This document shows positions 58,115 to 60,124 of a stretch of 60,124 bases of DNA, one piece after another. Under the pieces are notes generated by a model. It saw nothing but the letters and a program-made list of their open reading frames with translations, did not search any database and was not told the DNA's origin. The position numbers were made by a program, and so were the translations under genes. Numbering within the stretch: the stretch's first letter is position 1; every line of letters starts with the position of its first letter. The stretch comes from Myxococcota bacterium (GTDB lineage Bacteria; Myxococcota; JACRCW01), in contig JBFMGU010000027.1 of NCBI GenBank assembly GCA_040752415.1, forward strand, positions 1-60,124, written 5' to 3'.

Positions 58115-59668
58115 TTGACTGCGCCGGACCGTGGGAACAGGTGCACTTTGGAGATTCACCACAATCCGCTGCCCACCCTGGTGATTTCCGGCGACGGCGC
58201 CCTCCACGACGCCAACCCCTCCGCGCGCTCCCTGGCCGGCCTGGCCCAGCTGGAGGTGCGGGGACTGACGTTGGAGCGGGTGTTGATGCCGGCGGAGGGT
58301 GGTCCTCGGCTGGAGCGTTTCCTGGGCGAGCTGCTCACGCGCGGGCAGGCGCGGTTTGACGGGCTGCTCCTCACCCAGCAGGCGCAGCGACACCGGATCA
58401 CGGCGTGGGGCTGGCGCCCCGACCCTTCGCAGCCCCTGTTCTGGCTGCACCTGATCCCCGCGCCGCAGCCGCGCACCAACGGCAACGTGGCTCCCACGCT
58501 CACGCCCGTGCCCCGCCCCGCCGTGGATCCCCTGGCGCACCTCACCCCCAGCCTGCGGGCCCTGGTGTCCCATCCGGCGCGCGTGGACGAGCTCATGCGG
58601 CTGGGCGCCTCGTCGGTGGTGTGCGCGCGGGAGCTGTTGCACCCGTTGCTGGCGTTGGCGGAGCGACTGCGCGGTCGCCCGGAGTTCCAGCACACGCTGG
58701 GCTCCTTGATGGTGGCCGCCACGTCGATGAGCGAGCACGCGGAGCGCCTGGCGGAGGTGCTGGGCGCGGCCGGGGAGCTGGAGCCGGCGCGCGTGGACCT
58801 CGCGGAGTTGCTGGGCACGGTGGCGGTGCTCCTGGAGGGCGCCCTCCCCCGCGACATCCACGTGAGCGTGGAGGTGGAGGAAGGCGTGCCCCCGGCGTGG
58901 TGCAACATGGCGGCGCTGGAGCAGGCGCTGATGGCCCTGTGCGCCAACGCGCGCGACGCCATGCCGGTGGGCGGTGGCCTCGTCCTGGCGGCCCGACTGA
59001 CCACGAGCGCGGACCACGTGGCGGTGGAGGTGCGGGACACCGGCTCGGGCATGACCCGCGACCAGGTGGACGAGGCCTTCGCCGCCACGTTCACCACGCG
59101 AAGGGAGCGCTCGGGCGGGTCGCAGCGGGCGGGCCTGGGGTTGGGGCTGCCGTTGGTGCGCGAGCTCATGGAGCGCATGGGTGGCGACGTGGAGCTGGAG
59201 AGCACGCTCAACGTGGGCACCTGCGTCCGACTCACCCTCCCGGCCTACGCCAACCAGTCCGCCGAAGCGGGGCTAAGCACCGGGCGTAGGCCGCGCGTGC
59301 TGGTGGTGGAGGATGACGGGGATCTCCGCCGGGTGACGGCGCGACTGCTGGACCAATCCGGGATGGTGGCGGTGTGCGTGAACGACGGCGCCGACGCCCT
59401 GCAGCTCCTCTCCGACGACGCCACCTTCTCCGCCGTGCTGTTGGACCTGCACATGCCGCGCGCGGGTGGCGAGGACGTGCTGGCGTTCCTGAGCGTGCAG
59501 CAGTCGGCGCCGCCGGTGGTGGTGTTCACCTCCGACGACGTGGGCGCGGTGGGTGCCCGCCTGCGCGCCATGGGTGCGTTCGCGGTGGTGGGAAAACCCT
59601 TCCGTGGCAATGAGCTGATCAGCTCGGTGCGCGACGCCATCCGCTCCCGCGGCGCCGCGGCCGCGTAG
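58115..59668 (+). CDS. Hybrid sensor kinase/response regulator with a degenerate H-box
   Basis: PAS-like N-terminus; NARDAM, DTGSGM and GLGLGL boxes; receiver VEDD...DLHMP...KPF; H-box reads ARELLHPL. Confidence 0.85.
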   Translation: MTAPDRGNRCTLEIHHNPLPTLVISGDGALHDANPSARSLAGLAQLEVRGLTLERVLMPAEGGPRLERFLGELLTRGQARFDGLLLTQQAQRHRITAWGWRPDPSQPLFWLHLIPAPQPRTNGNVAPTLTPVPRPAVDPLAHLTPSLRALVSHPARVDELMRLGASSVVCARELLHPLLALAERLRGRPEFQHTLGSLMVAATSMSEHAERLAEVLGAAGELEPARVDLAELLGTVAVLLEGALPRDIHVSVEVEEGVPPAWCNMAALEQALMALCANARDAMPVGGGLVLAARLTTSADHVAVEVRDTGSGMTRDQVDEAFAATFTTRRERSGGSQRAGLGLGLPLVRELMERMGGDVELESTLNVGTCVRLTLPAYANQSAEAGLSTGRRPRVLVVEDDGDLRRVTARLLDQSGMVAVCVNDGADALQLLSDDATFSAVLLDLHMPRAGGEDVLAFLSVQQSAPPVVVFTSDDVGAVGARLRAMGAFAVVGKPFRGNELISSVRDAIRSRGAAAA

Positions 59669-59722
59669 GCAGCACAGCGCGGCCTCGCACCACGCACCTC
59701 GCGTTCACGTCGTGGAAGCGCC

Positions 59723-60124
59723 TCAGACAGCGCGAGCGGCGGCCAACGCGGCGCGCGCCAACGAGACCACGGTGGGCTCACCGTCCAACAGCGCGCCTTC
59801 CAGCACCGTGACGGCAGCGGGCTGACCATCCAGCACACTGACCGCCGCGCGACGCACGCCCGCGTCCTCGTGCTTGACCAACCGCGCTGCGGCCTCGGCA
59901 ACCTGGGGGTGATGCACGCGCGCCAGCGCGAGCACCGCGGCCTCGCAGACCCGCGGGTCGGCGGAGGACAGGAGGGGCCAGAGGAACTCGCGCGCCTCCC
60001 GCTGCGCCGGCCCCGCGCGCCCCACGGCGGTGATGAGCGCGGGCAGCTCGGCAGCATCCACGCCGGCCGCGCAGCTCAGCACCGCGCGCAGCGCCACCCG
60101 ACCACCCACCAGCCCCAGCGCCTC
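59723..60124 (-). CDS. HEAT-repeat protein, C-terminal part (truncated by the window edge)
   Basis: LLSSADPRVCEAAVLAL, LVKHEDAGVRRAAV and LLDGEPTVVSLARAAL repeats. Confidence 0.7.
   Translation of the reverse strand, partial: EALGLVGGRVALRAVLSCAAGVDAAELPALITAVGRAGPAQREAREFLWPLLSSADPRVCEAAVLALARVHHPQVAEAAARLVKHEDAGVRRAAVSVLDGQPAAVTVLEGALLDGEPTVVSLARAALAAARAV

Overview
A GC-rich (roughly 70% by eye), gene-dense bacterial chromosomal window, very likely Myxococcota given the MYXO-CTERM-type tail, PEGA-domain kinase, OmpA/TSP3 and many Cys-rich lipoproteins. It holds about 34 real genes; most other ORFs in the track are antisense or alternate-frame shadows. Content is mostly cell-surface proteins (IPT/TIG and FG-GAP adhesins, a triple RCC1-propeller lipoprotein, two TPR-DUF3857-transglutaminase-like proteins), signalling proteins and housekeeping enzymes. 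Signals the ORF track misses: (1) a DsbA/FrnE-family selenoprotein at 32945-33559, with an in-frame TGA in a U-P-F-C motif and a well-placed bacterial SECIS hairpin; (2) three intergenic 230-300 bp long-inverted-repeat (REPIN/MITE-like) elements, two sharing a CCTGGAGTGCGG...CCGCCCTGG core; (3) a one-base frameshift splitting a ~2,790 aa adhesin with 22 IPT domains and 14 FG-GAP repeats; (4) an in-frame TAG inside the MYXO-CTERM-like anchor of a DUF2330 protein; (5) a putative adhesin-transglutaminase locus with a catalytically dead paralogue, plus a pseudokinase and a His-less hybrid kinase. No rRNA, tRNA, CRISPR array or transposase was seen. All family assignments come from motif recognition, not database searches.
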